Under the pieces are notes generated by a model. That model ran no database searches and had not been told where the DNA came from. It saw only the letters and a program-made list of their open reading frames with translations. Source: a bacterium (GTDB lineage Bacteria; SM23-31). Taken from it: DNA of 64,000 nucleotides. This document shows, in pieces, positions 41,784-52,166 of this stretch (position 1 is its first letter; each line of letters opens with the position of its first letter). Both the position numbers and the translations under genes were made by a program. The stretch covers positions 800,001-864,000 of the forward strand of contig OZ252239.1 of NCBI GenBank assembly GCA_965249485.1, written 5' to 3'.

Positions 41784-42159
41784 CTATAGTAAATTTTTCA
41801 GTTTCTTTATAAAAAGTACAGTTCCGTCAATGCAGATACTTATTAAAAGCCTAAATACGCAAGCAATACCCTCATATTTAAAAGCCGCTCAATGTTCCCT
41901 GCATTTGCTATATATAGTTATATCCAACTAAAAACAATAATGACAAAAATAAATTATACAAACATATTAGTCAAGTACTTTTTGACATGAAATCGTGCGC
42001 TGCTTACTCCCATGTGCAATTGAATTATATTTAATCTACTCGCGATTTTTCATAGATCTCTTCCACTTTCGACCACATCCTGATAATATTCCTTGAACAA
42101 ATCTACTGGAAGAGCGTTTTCGATAAATTCGGTGTACAGTTGCTCCACATTCGTCATTT

Positions 42160-42513
42160 TTAATGGAAAAAGTCCTTCGCTTCTTCGTTCAGGAGCGTCC
42201 AAAACGTATAAATGGTGATACCTGTACCAAACGGAAAATTGAGGAGCTGGACCGCAGCAACGACAACTATTGTGATACGAGCCCATTTCATTCTTTTGAA
42301 CATTCCCAATCCTCCGATAAACGCAGGTATCGATACAATCAACCAGATCCATGGAAAAATTTTAACCAAATCTGAATTGCCCAACATGTGATTAATATAT
42401 ATCGAGTGATTCCCGCCAGGCACAATGATAAAAATCATGATGAGTGAGACGAGAATACCGAAAGCGCCAAATACGGTATACATAATTCCTTGAATCGTTA
42501 TATGATGATTCAT
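42160..42513 (-). CDS. Small membrane protein
   Basis: Motifs GGLG....KWAR and NFPFGT...IYT.W.L. Confidence 0.75.
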   Translation of the reverse strand: MNHHITIQGIMYTVFGAFGILVSLIMIFIIVPGGNHSIYINHMLGNSDLVKIFPWIWLIVSIPAFIGGLGMFKRMKWARITIVVVAAVQLLNFPFGTGITIYTFWTLLNEEAKDFFH

Positions 42514-42753
42514 ATGCCATCCCCATTAATGTTAATGAACATAAAGAAACAACCACAACGAGATATGAATGTCAAGAGTGATCAGAGAATAATTAAGGGT
42601 GCCGTGATTATTTATATCAACACCAATATCCTGAAATATCCTGAAATTTCCAGAAATTGAAGAGAGTAGAAGGAAATCTAACTGTTCGGCAGTAGAATTT
42701 GTACGCACGATAATAAGTCGAAAATTACGTATGTGAATCACAGAGGTTCTACA

Positions 42754-42788
42754 ATGGATATACTACCGTTAAAATTCCCCATATCAAT
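42754..42788 (+). repeat. 35-bp direct repeat, copy 1 (copy 2 at 44392-44426)
   Basis: ATGGATATACTAcCgTTaAaATTCCCCATATCAAT versus ATGGATATACTAtCaTTgAtATTCCCCATATCAAT, 31/35 identical. Confidence 0.8.
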
Positions 42789-43268
42789 CACTTGAAGCAG
42801 ATTGATATGGAACATTTAAGATTGTCATAATAAGTTAATAAATGACTTTTTCAATTGCAAAAGGAAAATGTTTTAAATGTATCAGCATACAATAATTTTG
42901 CAACAGTATTCTACTTTTCTATTTAATAGAGTATAATTCAAAAACACCTCTCCTTATATTTCTAATTGCAAATTCTTTAATCAAGCTATACAATAAAGTA
43001 AAGGAGCATTTCGATACAGCATCTCTTTAATAAGCGCTTAAATTATCGTCACATCCGTAATTTGAAAGGAAATATACCTGCTGTGCTTGAATACTTTAGC
43101 GCAGATCTTGAATAATCTCGTCAAAAATCTGCAAATTGACTGGTGTTTGATATTCCGAAGAAGCGCTAAGCGTCAAAGAAAATTGTCGGGATTATATGCG
43201 GGAATACGCAATCAACGTCTCACCTGATTAGAGATGATTCATATTATCAGGGAAATGTGCAGGAAGGA

Positions 43269-44192
43269 TTATTTATCTGTAGTTAGAAGATTCTTTAAAG
43301 CGTGTTCTATGGTTTCATAATGGAAAGAATATCCCGATTCGAGAAGTACTTGAGGATTGACTTTTTGACTGTTGAACATAAGGTCAACAAGCTCTCCAAA
43401 TCTGATCCAGAGCGGAAAACGGGGAATAGGGATCAATACTGGACGCCGTATCACAACACCAAACGTTTTTGCAAATGTTTTGAATGAAACAGGATTCGGG
43501 GAAACGATATTGATAGGTCCTGATAGAGTCACAGTCTCGAGGAAATGCTGAATAGAAAAAATAACATCGTTTATATGGACCCATGAGAACCACTGAGAAC
43601 CGCTTCCGAAATATCCCCCGAGACATAATTTGAACGGAATAAGCATTTTTTTTAGAGTTCCGCCATCCCTGCTTAGAACAATCCCGATCCTTGCGATCAC
43701 GACACGTACCCCGGCAGATTCCGCACGCATTGCTTCATGTTCCCATTCCCGGCAGACTTCCGACAAGAATCCATCTCCCGGCAGGTCCTGTTCAGAAAAA
43801 AGATGGTCCTGGTGAAATCCATAATAACCGATCGCTGATGCACTGATAAGAGTTTTTGGATGTATTTTGCTCGTAATGATCGCATTCACAATTGCCTTTG
43901 TCGAAGCAATCCTGCTATTAAGGATCAGGTTTTTTGTCAATGGTGACCACCGCTTTTCGGCAATGGGAGCACCCGCAAGATTTATAACGGTGTCGATCTT
44001 CTCACAGCGGTTTGTCCAGGAAAGATCGGCATCGTGAACATCCCATTCAACAATTGAGCAGCCTTCCGGAAGACGGGCTTTTGCGGTTGATTCATTTCTT
44101 GTAAGAATAGTAACCCTGAACCCTTTATCGAGGAAAAAAGCACAGAGCGGCTTTCCGATAGTACCGGTTGCTCCGGTTATGAGTATATTCAT
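43269..44192 (-). CDS. TIGR01777-family NAD-dependent epimerase/oxidoreductase
   Basis: Motifs ITGATGTIG, NLAG, SASAIGYYG, VCREWE, RIGIVL and SWVHIND. Confidence 0.92.
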   Translation of the reverse strand: MNILITGATGTIGKPLCAFFLDKGFRVTILTRNESTAKARLPEGCSIVEWDVHDADLSWTNRCEKIDTVINLAGAPIAEKRWSPLTKNLILNSRIASTKAIVNAIITSKIHPKTLISASAIGYYGFHQDHLFSEQDLPGDGFLSEVCREWEHEAMRAESAGVRVVIARIGIVLSRDGGTLKKMLIPFKLCLGGYFGSGSQWFSWVHINDVIFSIQHFLETVTLSGPINIVSPNPVSFKTFAKTFGVVIRRPVLIPIPRFPLWIRFGELVDLMFNSQKVNPQVLLESGYSFHYETIEHALKNLLTTDK

Positions 44193-44391
44193 TGCATTAT
44201 CTGAATAATTAGGAAATTCATGTTATATTTGTATAATATAGAAAAAAAGAGAATCTGTCAAATATAATTTTTCATGGATCAATCCTTAGTTATGTTATCG
44301 TTTATGTTGGATTATTTTTAGTGAACATTAAAAAACAACAGTAACAAGTACGAGGTCAAAACTTGATCGGAGAATACTAATGGGTCTCGCT

Positions 44392-44426
44392 ATGGATATA
44401 CTATCATTGATATTCCCCATATCAAT
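44392..44426 (+). repeat. 35-bp direct repeat, copy 2
   Basis: Matches 42754-42788 at 31/35 nt. Confidence 0.8.
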
Positions 44427-44612
44427 TGTCAGCTTAAAACGGTTTTTTAAGGATCAAAATAGCAAAACAGATTATCCACAAGCTATAAAAAACAGAAGTA
44501 CTTGTGGAATTTTGGCAAAATGCGTATAATGAAAATAAGAAATCATATTACTACATACTGCTGCTACAAAGTCAATTGATAATTTATTGTAGCAAATTAA
44601 GGAGATTTTAAT

Positions 44613-44786
44613 ATGTTCGATTTTCAGCTACATTCAATTATATTTTATGGATTAATAGCTTTTGCGATAATTTTTGTAGTTGTTGCACATATTATATTAT
44701 TAAGAAAAATTTATAAAAATTCATTAAGGAATAATAAAAGGTTGTTAAGAAAACAAAAGATTGGTGACAAGTTCGACTCACCCTAG
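44613..44786 (+). CDS. Small single-TM basic protein (57 aa) ending inside the tRNA remnant
   Basis: AAGGAG RBS; MFDFQLHSIIFYGLIAFAIIFVVVAHIILLRKIYKNSLRNNKRLLRKQKIGDKFDSP*. Confidence 0.55.
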   Translation: MFDFQLHSIIFYGLIAFAIIFVVVAHIILLRKIYKNSLRNNKRLLRKQKIGDKFDSP

Positions 44787-44954
44787 AAGACACTAATTTA
44801 AAAAGGCCTTCTTGATATTTCAAGAAGGCTTTTTTATTATATACTAAAAGACGGATAAATGGTCAAAAAATCATCAATATGAAAACCAGTGGTTAAATTT
44901 CGCGAGAAAGACATTCGTCGGGTAGAGGTCGAACAGATCGCTGACATCATCATT
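44771..44954 (+). repeat. Right copy of duplicated block (tRNA-Glu 3' remnant, terminator, DUF5916 gene end)
   Basis: GTTCGACTCACCCTAGAAGACAC versus GTTCGACTCCCCTAGGGGACGC of tRNA-Glu; same terminator and gene end follow. Confidence 0.9.
44800..44835. terminator. Bidirectional intrinsic terminator
   Basis: AAAAGGCCTTCTTGA-TATT-TCAAGAAGGCTTTTT. Confidence 0.88.
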
Positions 44955-47582
44955 AAATGCGAAGGTGCCCGGACGACCGTCACCGGTCCTGCCTTGTGAC
45001 CAGACGAGAAACAGTGTCGAGCCTGGATTGTACTCCCACCTTACAACGAGATTCGACCGGAACTGCAGAAAATTGAATTCGGGATTCTCGAAGGAATACA
45101 CAGCCCCATCATTGATAGTATACTCCCCGGTCGCAGCATTATATGTTATTTCACCATCGGTAAATTTCCCGAACCGGTCGGTATAATTGTCAGCCCGTGG
45201 ATTTGTAACTTTTTTAAAATTACTGTATCTACCATTGGAGATAAAGGGCTGGCCGTAATACTCGATAGTGAATGTCGGCGTAATACTGTAACTTGCACGA
45301 GTCACAATCCCAAGTGTTTCCTGATTCAATTCACCAAAGACATAACGCGAACCGCCGTTTGGTTCAAACGTGTCGATATACTGGAGGTTCATCTGCTGTT
45401 TCGTAAAGGTCGGATTGATATTAAAGGAAAATGAACTGCTCGGGCGGAACGTCGTTGTCACCTGAAATTGCTTCATGTACGATATGTCATCATCCCAGAT
45501 ATCCCAAGTGTATCTAAACGAAGCCTGCACGTTTCTCCTCGTATCGGAGCCGATATTGGTATGTATATGCCAGATGCCGGGATTGATAAAATAAGGTCCT
45601 CCACGAAGGATAGTTTTTGTCAGGCCTTCATCATACCGGTGAACACCGATGCCATATCTTCCGTAATTTTTGAGGATACTGTCGAAATGTAAATCCACAC
45701 CCGATTTAATATCATCAGCAAACGCAATCTTTTTGCCGTCAAAATCCCAAACAGTGTTCTGTTTGAATTTTAAGGTAAAACTCCTGAAAAGCAAGCTCGG
45801 ATTATAGGACCAGTATTCAAGCGCCGCAACTTCGCCGACAAAATCCGCTTCCTTGAGGAATCCGATATCGTTTAGTTCCAGTCCCGGTGAGCGCCACGTC
45901 GTCAAGAGGTTGTACTTGATATACCCCTGACCGGCTTTTCCTATCGTAAATGTTCCACCGTGCCCGGAGAGTGAGGAAGCCGTCGAATCGACCCTAACAT
46001 GGCTGGCATCGGAACGTTGAAAGTAGCGGGATGAAGAGGTTTGTGCGTTGAGCATGGCCTCACTGTCGCCCCGGATATGGCTGAATACCGACATAAATGA
46101 CATAAAATAGTTTCTGTTATTCCAGGTGTGAACAAAATCGACTCCACCGGTATATGCTGCCTCATTCAGAAATCTGAGATGACTATCCTGAAGATCTCGG
46201 TTCGTCGCTGTCACAATCCCACCCAGTCGTGTGTCGCCTCTCCTGAAATCTTGCTGTACCCGTCCGGCGAAATAGTTTGTCAGCGGTTCAACCGTTGTTG
46301 ATCCCCGTACCCCTAAGTTAAGAAAATCGGCTTTTTCCTCTACCGTCACTGCCTCGATGATGCCGATTGAAAGACCATTCTGTGTTTTGCCCGACAGTTT
46401 TGCTGCGGCCGCTATGCTCGATTGCAGCACAGGTTCTATATAATCGATTTCGTCATTTTCCGGCGAAAACTGTGGTGATCTTCCGATCCGGCGGGAATAA
46501 AATAGGTTGTCCTGCGAACTAAATCGTTGAAACCGCAAGGCATTTTGGGGACTGCCGCTTCTCTGGATGTTTTGAGACAAATTTTGTTTAATCTGATAAT
46601 TGAAAATATTCTTTCCTTCGGTAAAGAACGGCCGTTTTTCAGCGAAAAACGACTCAAAAGCCGTTAGATTGACTTCGGAAGGATCAGCTTCAACCTGCCC
46701 GAAGTCGGGATTCACAGTCAGATCGAGGGTAATATCACTTGTCACACCGATTTTAGCGTCCAGTCCGGCATGAAAGTTATTATCCTGTCCGGATGCAAAA
46801 GGATTTCCGGCTTCTTCAAGTGACCGCTCCATACTGCCGAGGGTATAGGGCAATATCTCAATCCGGTGCGATGTTCCGATATCTTTGATACCACGTAGTT
46901 CTCCAAAATGACTGACTGTTCCGGCAGCATCCCGGAAGAAAAACTGCCAGAATGAACGCTCCTCTTCTCTGTAGAGTCTCCTCTCAATTTGCAGTCCCCA
47001 GACCTGTTCGTCACTGTCCGAGTACCGGAGCTGGCTGAACGGTATGCGCATCTCTGCAGTCCATCCCGATTCATTGTGGGCAACGTCTGCGTACCAGACC
47101 GGATCCCACGTAATATCTTTTGTTTTTCCATCATTTGAAATAAATTGGTCACCTTTCACACCCGCAGCCGTAACAGTAAAATTGAACGCGGTTCGTCTAT
47201 CAAAATAGCTGTCGATACTGACGCTCACCCAATCGCCATCATTCACATCGCGCCGGGACCCGCGCCGCTCGATTTTTTCAGACTCATTATCATTCATACG
47301 GAAGGCAATACAAATATTTTCTTCGTCATAAATAATTTTAAAAGCAGTCGTCTGACTCGGCTCGGTCCCTTCATATGGCTGCCGCTGGGTAAATCCGCCT
47401 CCCCATTCAGCAAACTGCCATGCCTCATCGTCCAGAATCCCGTCGATAACCGGACTGTTTGAGTCAAAAAGTTCTGCGGTATAGACTTTGTTTTCAACAA
47501 TTCGGCCGTTCTCAGTACTACTGTCCTGCGAATAGAGGGCAACCGGATAGAGTAGCATTAATGTTATAATAACGTTTTTCAT
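44874..47582 (-). CDS. CBM9-like plus DUF5916 domain exported/outer-membrane protein
   Basis: Signal peptide; IDGILDDEAW, WDPVW, AEMRIPFSQLRY, TVNPDFGQVEAD, EKRPFF, LFYSRRIG and RWEYNPGSTLFLVW. Confidence 0.88.
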   Translation of the reverse strand: MKNVIITLMLLYPVALYSQDSSTENGRIVENKVYTAELFDSNSPVIDGILDDEAWQFAEWGGGFTQRQPYEGTEPSQTTAFKIIYDEENICIAFRMNDNESEKIERRGSRRDVNDGDWVSVSIDSYFDRRTAFNFTVTAAGVKGDQFISNDGKTKDITWDPVWYADVAHNESGWTAEMRIPFSQLRYSDSDEQVWGLQIERRLYREEERSFWQFFFRDAAGTVSHFGELRGIKDIGTSHRIEILPYTLGSMERSLEEAGNPFASGQDNNFHAGLDAKIGVTSDITLDLTVNPDFGQVEADPSEVNLTAFESFFAEKRPFFTEGKNIFNYQIKQNLSQNIQRSGSPQNALRFQRFSSQDNLFYSRRIGRSPQFSPENDEIDYIEPVLQSSIAAAAKLSGKTQNGLSIGIIEAVTVEEKADFLNLGVRGSTTVEPLTNYFAGRVQQDFRRGDTRLGGIVTATNRDLQDSHLRFLNEAAYTGGVDFVHTWNNRNYFMSFMSVFSHIRGDSEAMLNAQTSSSRYFQRSDASHVRVDSTASSLSGHGGTFTIGKAGQGYIKYNLLTTWRSPGLELNDIGFLKEADFVGEVAALEYWSYNPSLLFRSFTLKFKQNTVWDFDGKKIAFADDIKSGVDLHFDSILKNYGRYGIGVHRYDEGLTKTILRGGPYFINPGIWHIHTNIGSDTRRNVQASFRYTWDIWDDDISYMKQFQVTTTFRPSSSFSFNINPTFTKQQMNLQYIDTFEPNGGSRYVFGELNQETLGIVTRASYSITPTFTIEYYGQPFISNGRYSNFKKVTNPRADNYTDRFGKFTDGEITYNAATGEYTINDGAVYSFENPEFNFLQFRSNLVVRWEYNPGSTLFLVWSQGRTGDGRPGTFAFNDDVSDLFDLYPTNVFLAKFNHWFSY

Positions 47583-47820
47583 GATTTCAGCTCTTCATTA
47601 CAGTGTTTCGCACTCAATTTAACTAATTCTTGATATTAGTACAATCAGATTTACGGATTCTTCAAGAAAAAACATCTTTTTTCAGCAAATTACCGTCGAA
47701 TTAATACGTATATAGATTCGACAAAATTCCTTAATACAATCTATGATTATTTAGGTGGTTATCTGTGGGAGCTGGGATCATTGTAAATGTTTCTCACACG
47801 TAAATTATAATGAAGGAAGG

Positions 47821-49125
47821 CTACAATTTATATATGGTATTACTGTCAGTATCTTTATATACATTTCTCGTATCAAAGATGCATGCGCTGTTTGCTTCCA
47901 GGTAACCGTAGTCGATTTTCTCGTGAGCAGTCACAATCATCACACAATTATACGATTGTAACAGCTTCTTATCAGCAAGATCAATAGAATTATAGGTTGT
48001 TCCATTCGGATGTTCAAATGTGTCTACATACGGATCGTGATAATCAACACAACACCCGAACTCTTTCAGCAGTTCGATTAATTCAAGCCCCGGTGATTCC
48101 CGCAGGTCGTTCACGTTTTCTTTATACGAGATACCCATTAATAGAATTTTTGCGTCTTTCAGGGAAATTCCCCGCTCATTGACAATTCGCAGCAGCTTAT
48201 TAATAACAAACCGGGGCATATTACCGTTTATGTCAGTCGCAAGATCGATGAATCGGTTGTAAAAATTGAAACTGCGCGCCTTATAAGTAAGGTACATAGG
48301 ATCGAGTGGAATACAATGTCCGCCTAATCCGGGGCCGGGTAAAAATTTCATGAATCCAAACGGCTTCGTCCCGGCAGCTTCTATTACCCGCCAAATATCG
48401 ATTCCCAGCCTGTCGCACATAATCGCCATTTCGTTGACAAGGCCGATATTGACCGCACGAAACGTGTTCTCAAGCAGCTTCACCATCTCGGCTTCTTCTG
48501 ATGTAGTGACACGGTGAATCTCTGAGATAATATGTTCATAGAGCAGCTGTGCAATCTCTCCGCATGCAGGCGTGATACCACCGATCACCTTTGGAATGTT
48601 TTTCGTTGTATATTTCTTATTCCCCGGATCGACACGTTCAGGAGAAAAAGCGATGTATAGGTCTTTGCCGATTACAAATCCCATTTTTTCAAACTCATGA
48701 GCAAGAAGCTCGCGCGTTGCTCCAGGATACGTTGTGCTTTCCAGAACGATGAGCATGCCTTTACGAACATGCTTTTTTACTCCATCGACAGCAGTTTTGA
48801 TGTACGAGAGATCAGGCTCTTTCGATTTGTTGAGTGGCGTTGGAACGGTTATGCAGATACAGTCAGTACCACTCAACTGCGAATAATCGGTGTAAACTTC
48901 AAAATTTCCGTTATTGACGGCATTGCTGACTTCCCGGTCTGTTATATCAATAATATATGATGTCCCGCGTTTAAGCTGTGTAATCTTCTCTTTGGCAATA
49001 TCGATGCCCTTCACACGGTAACCGGCCCGAACAAATTCGAGGCTTAACGGCAGCCCGACATAGCCGAGGCCGATGACCCCGATTCGGGCGCTTTTGGTGT
49101 TGATCTTTTCACGTATCTGTTCCAT
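47821..49125 (-). CDS. UDP-N-acetylhexosamine dehydrogenase (WbpA/WecC family)
   Basis: Motifs GLGYVGLP, VPTP, LESTTYPG, SPERVDPGN, KLLENTFR, GGHCIP.DP and D.RESP. Confidence 0.93.
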   Translation of the reverse strand: MEQIREKINTKSARIGVIGLGYVGLPLSLEFVRAGYRVKGIDIAKEKITQLKRGTSYIIDITDREVSNAVNNGNFEVYTDYSQLSGTDCICITVPTPLNKSKEPDLSYIKTAVDGVKKHVRKGMLIVLESTTYPGATRELLAHEFEKMGFVIGKDLYIAFSPERVDPGNKKYTTKNIPKVIGGITPACGEIAQLLYEHIISEIHRVTTSEEAEMVKLLENTFRAVNIGLVNEMAIMCDRLGIDIWRVIEAAGTKPFGFMKFLPGPGLGGHCIPLDPMYLTYKARSFNFYNRFIDLATDINGNMPRFVINKLLRIVNERGISLKDAKILLMGISYKENVNDLRESPGLELIELLKEFGCCVDYHDPYVDTFEHPNGTTYNSIDLADKKLLQSYNCVMIVTAHEKIDYGYLEANSACIFDTRNVYKDTDSNTIYKL

Positions 49126-49674
49126 AGTATAAATTTTCTTTTATCTAATTTACCGCCTGAGATAGTAGGTAAATCAATTATTAAACCACTGTTTCATATT
49201 CGACTAAAATAAAATATTACTGTAACTAATACAAGTTGTTTTATGCAGATACTGTATGAGATAGGTGCCGCTGAAAAGATTATAAAATTGTAAAGAGTAA
49301 TGCCGATATGAATCAATTAAATTGCTTCAAAATTAATTATACTATGTACTTTCTGCGTCCATATCAAATTCTACAGAAATTGGTCTCTCGCGAAAGCCAG
49401 GGTTGTATCCTGCTTTTATATAATTGCGTTTCGAAGATTTTGGGTTCCCCACAAAGATAATTTGTAATTTGCAATCCCAAATCATATTTTTACTTCCCTG
49501 CAATTATTTTTCTCTACAATATCATCTACACCAGTAGTATATTAACACGATGAACCGGATGAGGATTTCTCCAAGCAAATATTGCGTATTGCACTGTATT
49601 AAATTTATTTAATTTTCCATTCATCGAGTTTGTTGAGTGTTTTCACAACACAATTATTAGATAAAATCAATTTA

Positions 49675-49704
49675 TTCTGCAACATTTGTGTTATAGTCTT
49701 CGTC
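49675..49704 (+). promoter_or_regulatory. Putative ECF-sigma autoregulatory promoter
   Basis: TTCTGCAAC-N17-CGTC ending 41 nt before the sigma start; AAC/CGT cores are typical of ECF promoters. Confidence 0.65.
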
Positions 49705-49745
49705 ATTATAATTAAACGACCAGGCCCGGTAACCGGTAAGGAAGT

Positions 49746-50327
49746 ATGGTTTTAGAAGAAATCGATCTCGTACGAAAAGTACAAAATGAAAGAGATATGG
49801 CTGCTTATCAGCGGCTGGTGTGTAGGCATCAGGAGCGGATATACTATCTTGTCAGGAGAATGGTCGGTAACCATGAGGATGCCCAGGATATTGTGCAGGA
49901 TACGTTCATAAAATCACTAAAAAAGATAGGTCAGATTAAGGAAGGCAGTAAATTCGGGGGCTGGCTCAGTAATATAGCTGTTAATACGGCATTGGATTTT
50001 TTCAGAAAAAAGCATAATAATGGAAAAGTATCACTTTCCGATGAAATGGTGCCGGAAGCGATCTCTGAGAAGCTTATACAGAAGGATGAAGAATTGAAAA
50101 ACGGTGCCTATGGACAGGAAACGAAGAAACACATCAATAGAGCACTTATGAAACTGCCGCTGAACCATCGTGAGGCGTTTATACTGTTCCATTATCAAAA
50201 ATTGCCGGTCAAGATTGTCGCTGACCACATGGGCTGTCCCGAAGCAACCGTCCGTTCATATGTGTTTCGGGCTATCAGAAAATTGAGAGTATATCTTCAG
50301 GACTATAAAGAATTGTCGAAAGGGTAA
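49746..50327 (+). CDS. ECF sigma-70 factor
   Basis: DAQDIVQDTF, F.GWL..IA.N...D, LP..REAF.L and TVRS..FRA. Confidence 0.95.
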   Translation: MVLEEIDLVRKVQNERDMAAYQRLVCRHQERIYYLVRRMVGNHEDAQDIVQDTFIKSLKKIGQIKEGSKFGGWLSNIAVNTALDFFRKKHNNGKVSLSDEMVPEAISEKLIQKDEELKNGAYGQETKKHINRALMKLPLNHREAFILFHYQKLPVKIVADHMGCPEATVRSYVFRAIRKLRVYLQDYKELSKG

Positions 50328-50330
50328 CAC

Positions 50331-50960
50331 ATGGATTGCAGTGCAATAGAACTCCTTTTACCGGAATTTGCCGCAGACAGACTGAATGAGCAGGACTGCG
50401 ACCTTGTCCGGAAACATCTTACATCCTGTGAATCGTGTACAAACGCTTTGCGGGATTGTACCGAACTGTTTGGAATAGTTGTGCCGGAAGAAAAAAGCGC
50501 CATTACACCTCCTGATGGATATTTCGATGAGGTGTGGCCTCATTTACACACAACTATTCAGAAGGAAGGGCTGCATAATGCGTCCTCTTCAAAACCGAAA
50601 TGGCTGTCGATGCCGTTACATTCGTTAAAACGTGCACCCTATTTCGCAATTTCGGCAGCAGCAGCGGTTATTCTTGCTGTAGTGATAACTTTTTACGATA
50701 ATCCGGCGGAGGAACCGGTATCAGCTATAACACAGCCGGTCATACGTGCGCAGAACGAGTCTGAGCAGAATGAAAATCCTGTTTCTGGAATAACACAGAG
50801 CACACCCGACATAACCAGCGTGGTCAACTCAGGAGTAAAAAAATTAAATTTGCTCACGACTGCCGATGTAAAGGGCTATCTGGATCCGAAAAAACGTGAA
50901 GATGCATACGATTCCTTTACAACGTATCTCGCAAATGTAATCGTCAGTATGCAGGACTGA
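50331..50960 (+). CDS. Zinc anti-sigma factor (zf-HC2) with TM helix
   Basis: HLTSCESC motif and a TM segment (AAAAVILAVV). Confidence 0.9.
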   Translation: MDCSAIELLLPEFAADRLNEQDCDLVRKHLTSCESCTNALRDCTELFGIVVPEEKSAITPPDGYFDEVWPHLHTTIQKEGLHNASSSKPKWLSMPLHSLKRAPYFAISAAAAVILAVVITFYDNPAEEPVSAITQPVIRAQNESEQNENPVSGITQSTPDITSVVNSGVKKLNLLTTADVKGYLDPKKREDAYDSFTTYLANVIVSMQD

Positions 50961-51036
50961 TTCAAATGGAACTGTTATTCGATAATTATAAATTTATCAT
51001 GAGAATGATTACTCGTGAAATGTTAAGGAAGTATTC

Positions 51037-52083
51037 ATGACACTTCGAGTGAAAAAACTTTTCCGCAAATATATTACGACTGCTCTTGTATTAATGGTTG
51101 CGGGTATTCAATTTGGTGCTTCCGATCTTTTCGGTCAGGATGAATCGCTGTTAGGCAGGATTCCGGACGGAGATTTTGCGGTATTTTCGTTTTCTCCGGG
51201 TGATATCATTGAATCCGAGTTCCTAAATTACTTTATTGAGGGCGATTCTGCTGCGCAGGCTATTCGTGAGCACGGTTTGACGGCCTTTGAGGGGATATCG
51301 GGTATCAGAATGGACGACATTAACAAAGTCATGGTGTTTGTTTCCGATTTCCATAGCTCAATTCCCACTATTGGTGCACTGGCATCGGGAGATTTCAGTG
51401 GTCTGAATTACGATATTATTCTGCGCACACTAAATGTACACTCAAATAGTGAACATCTCATAAAAGTGAATGACTATGATGTCCGCGTATATTCTATTCA
51501 GGGAGAGAACGATGAGGAACAAAATGAAAAAGATATTGACATTGAACCACATCTTTATTTTGATGACAAAGAAATTCTTATAGCCGGTTCCCGAGAATTT
51601 ATGGAACAATTACTTCGGCTCAAAGACGGACGGGATTCCAATCTCCGGGATAACGATGAGTTTATGGATCAATTCAATAATGTCCGAGACAATGAGAGTT
51701 TTTGGTTTGTGATCCCGACGACAAAGATCATGGATGACGTCATGGCTAAAGTGCATGAACAGACCAGTGAACAATTTGGCGGCCAGCGGTTTGATATTAC
51801 AAGTCTGGTCGGTGGACTCACGCTTTCTGATACATTCGATATGGTGCTAAAACTCCATAACGGGAATGAAGAACAACTTGAGCATTTATATAATTTAGCG
51901 AACGGTCTCCGGAGTCTTGCGATACTGGGTGCTATGGGAGTACCGGCGACGAAAGATTTGACTAGCTATATCAATTCTATTGAATTGACAAAAGAAAATG
52001 AATTTCTCCAGCTTCGTTTAGAATTAACGATTAAACAAGTTGAGGAGTTGATTGCCAAAGGGAAAGAAATTTCTGATTTGTAA
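51037..52083 (+). CDS. Exported acidic hypothetical protein (paralog of 53959-55017)
   Basis: Signal peptide; shares SLL.RIP, AFEG.SG, GA.ASG.FSGLNY, EQLLRLK.G, SFW..P and LA.LG.M with the paralog. Confidence 0.85.
   Translation: MTLRVKKLFRKYITTALVLMVAGIQFGASDLFGQDESLLGRIPDGDFAVFSFSPGDIIESEFLNYFIEGDSAAQAIREHGLTAFEGISGIRMDDINKVMVFVSDFHSSIPTIGALASGDFSGLNYDIILRTLNVHSNSEHLIKVNDYDVRVYSIQGENDEEQNEKDIDIEPHLYFDDKEILIAGSREFMEQLLRLKDGRDSNLRDNDEFMDQFNNVRDNESFWFVIPTTKIMDDVMAKVHEQTSEQFGGQRFDITSLVGGLTLSDTFDMVLKLHNGNEEQLEHLYNLANGLRSLAILGAMGVPATKDLTSYINSIELTKENEFLQLRLELTIKQVEELIAKGKEISDL
51706..51734 (+). repeat. 29-bp direct repeat inside gene; second copy 52077-52105 spans its stop codon
   Basis: TTTGTgATCCCGACGACAAAGATcATGGA versus TTTGTaATCCCGACGACAAAGATtATGGA. 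Confidence 0.85.
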
Positions 52084-52166
52084 TCCCGACGACAAAGATT
52101 ATGGAAATATATGAGCAACGAGTGATGACTTTCAACGCATAAAACAATAAGAATTGAGATAAATAC

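Larger units (their letters stand above)
25862..44793. mobile_element. Putative fossil genomic island at tRNA-Glu carrying respiratory complexes
   Basis: Bounded by a tRNA-Glu copy on the left and a tRNA-Glu 3' fragment on the right; no integrase seen inside. Confidence 0.5.

Noticed and set aside
51706..52105. Diversity-generating retroelement template/variable repeat pair
   Set aside because: The repeat is only 29 bp, the mismatches are not adenine-specific, and there is no reverse transcriptase in the window.
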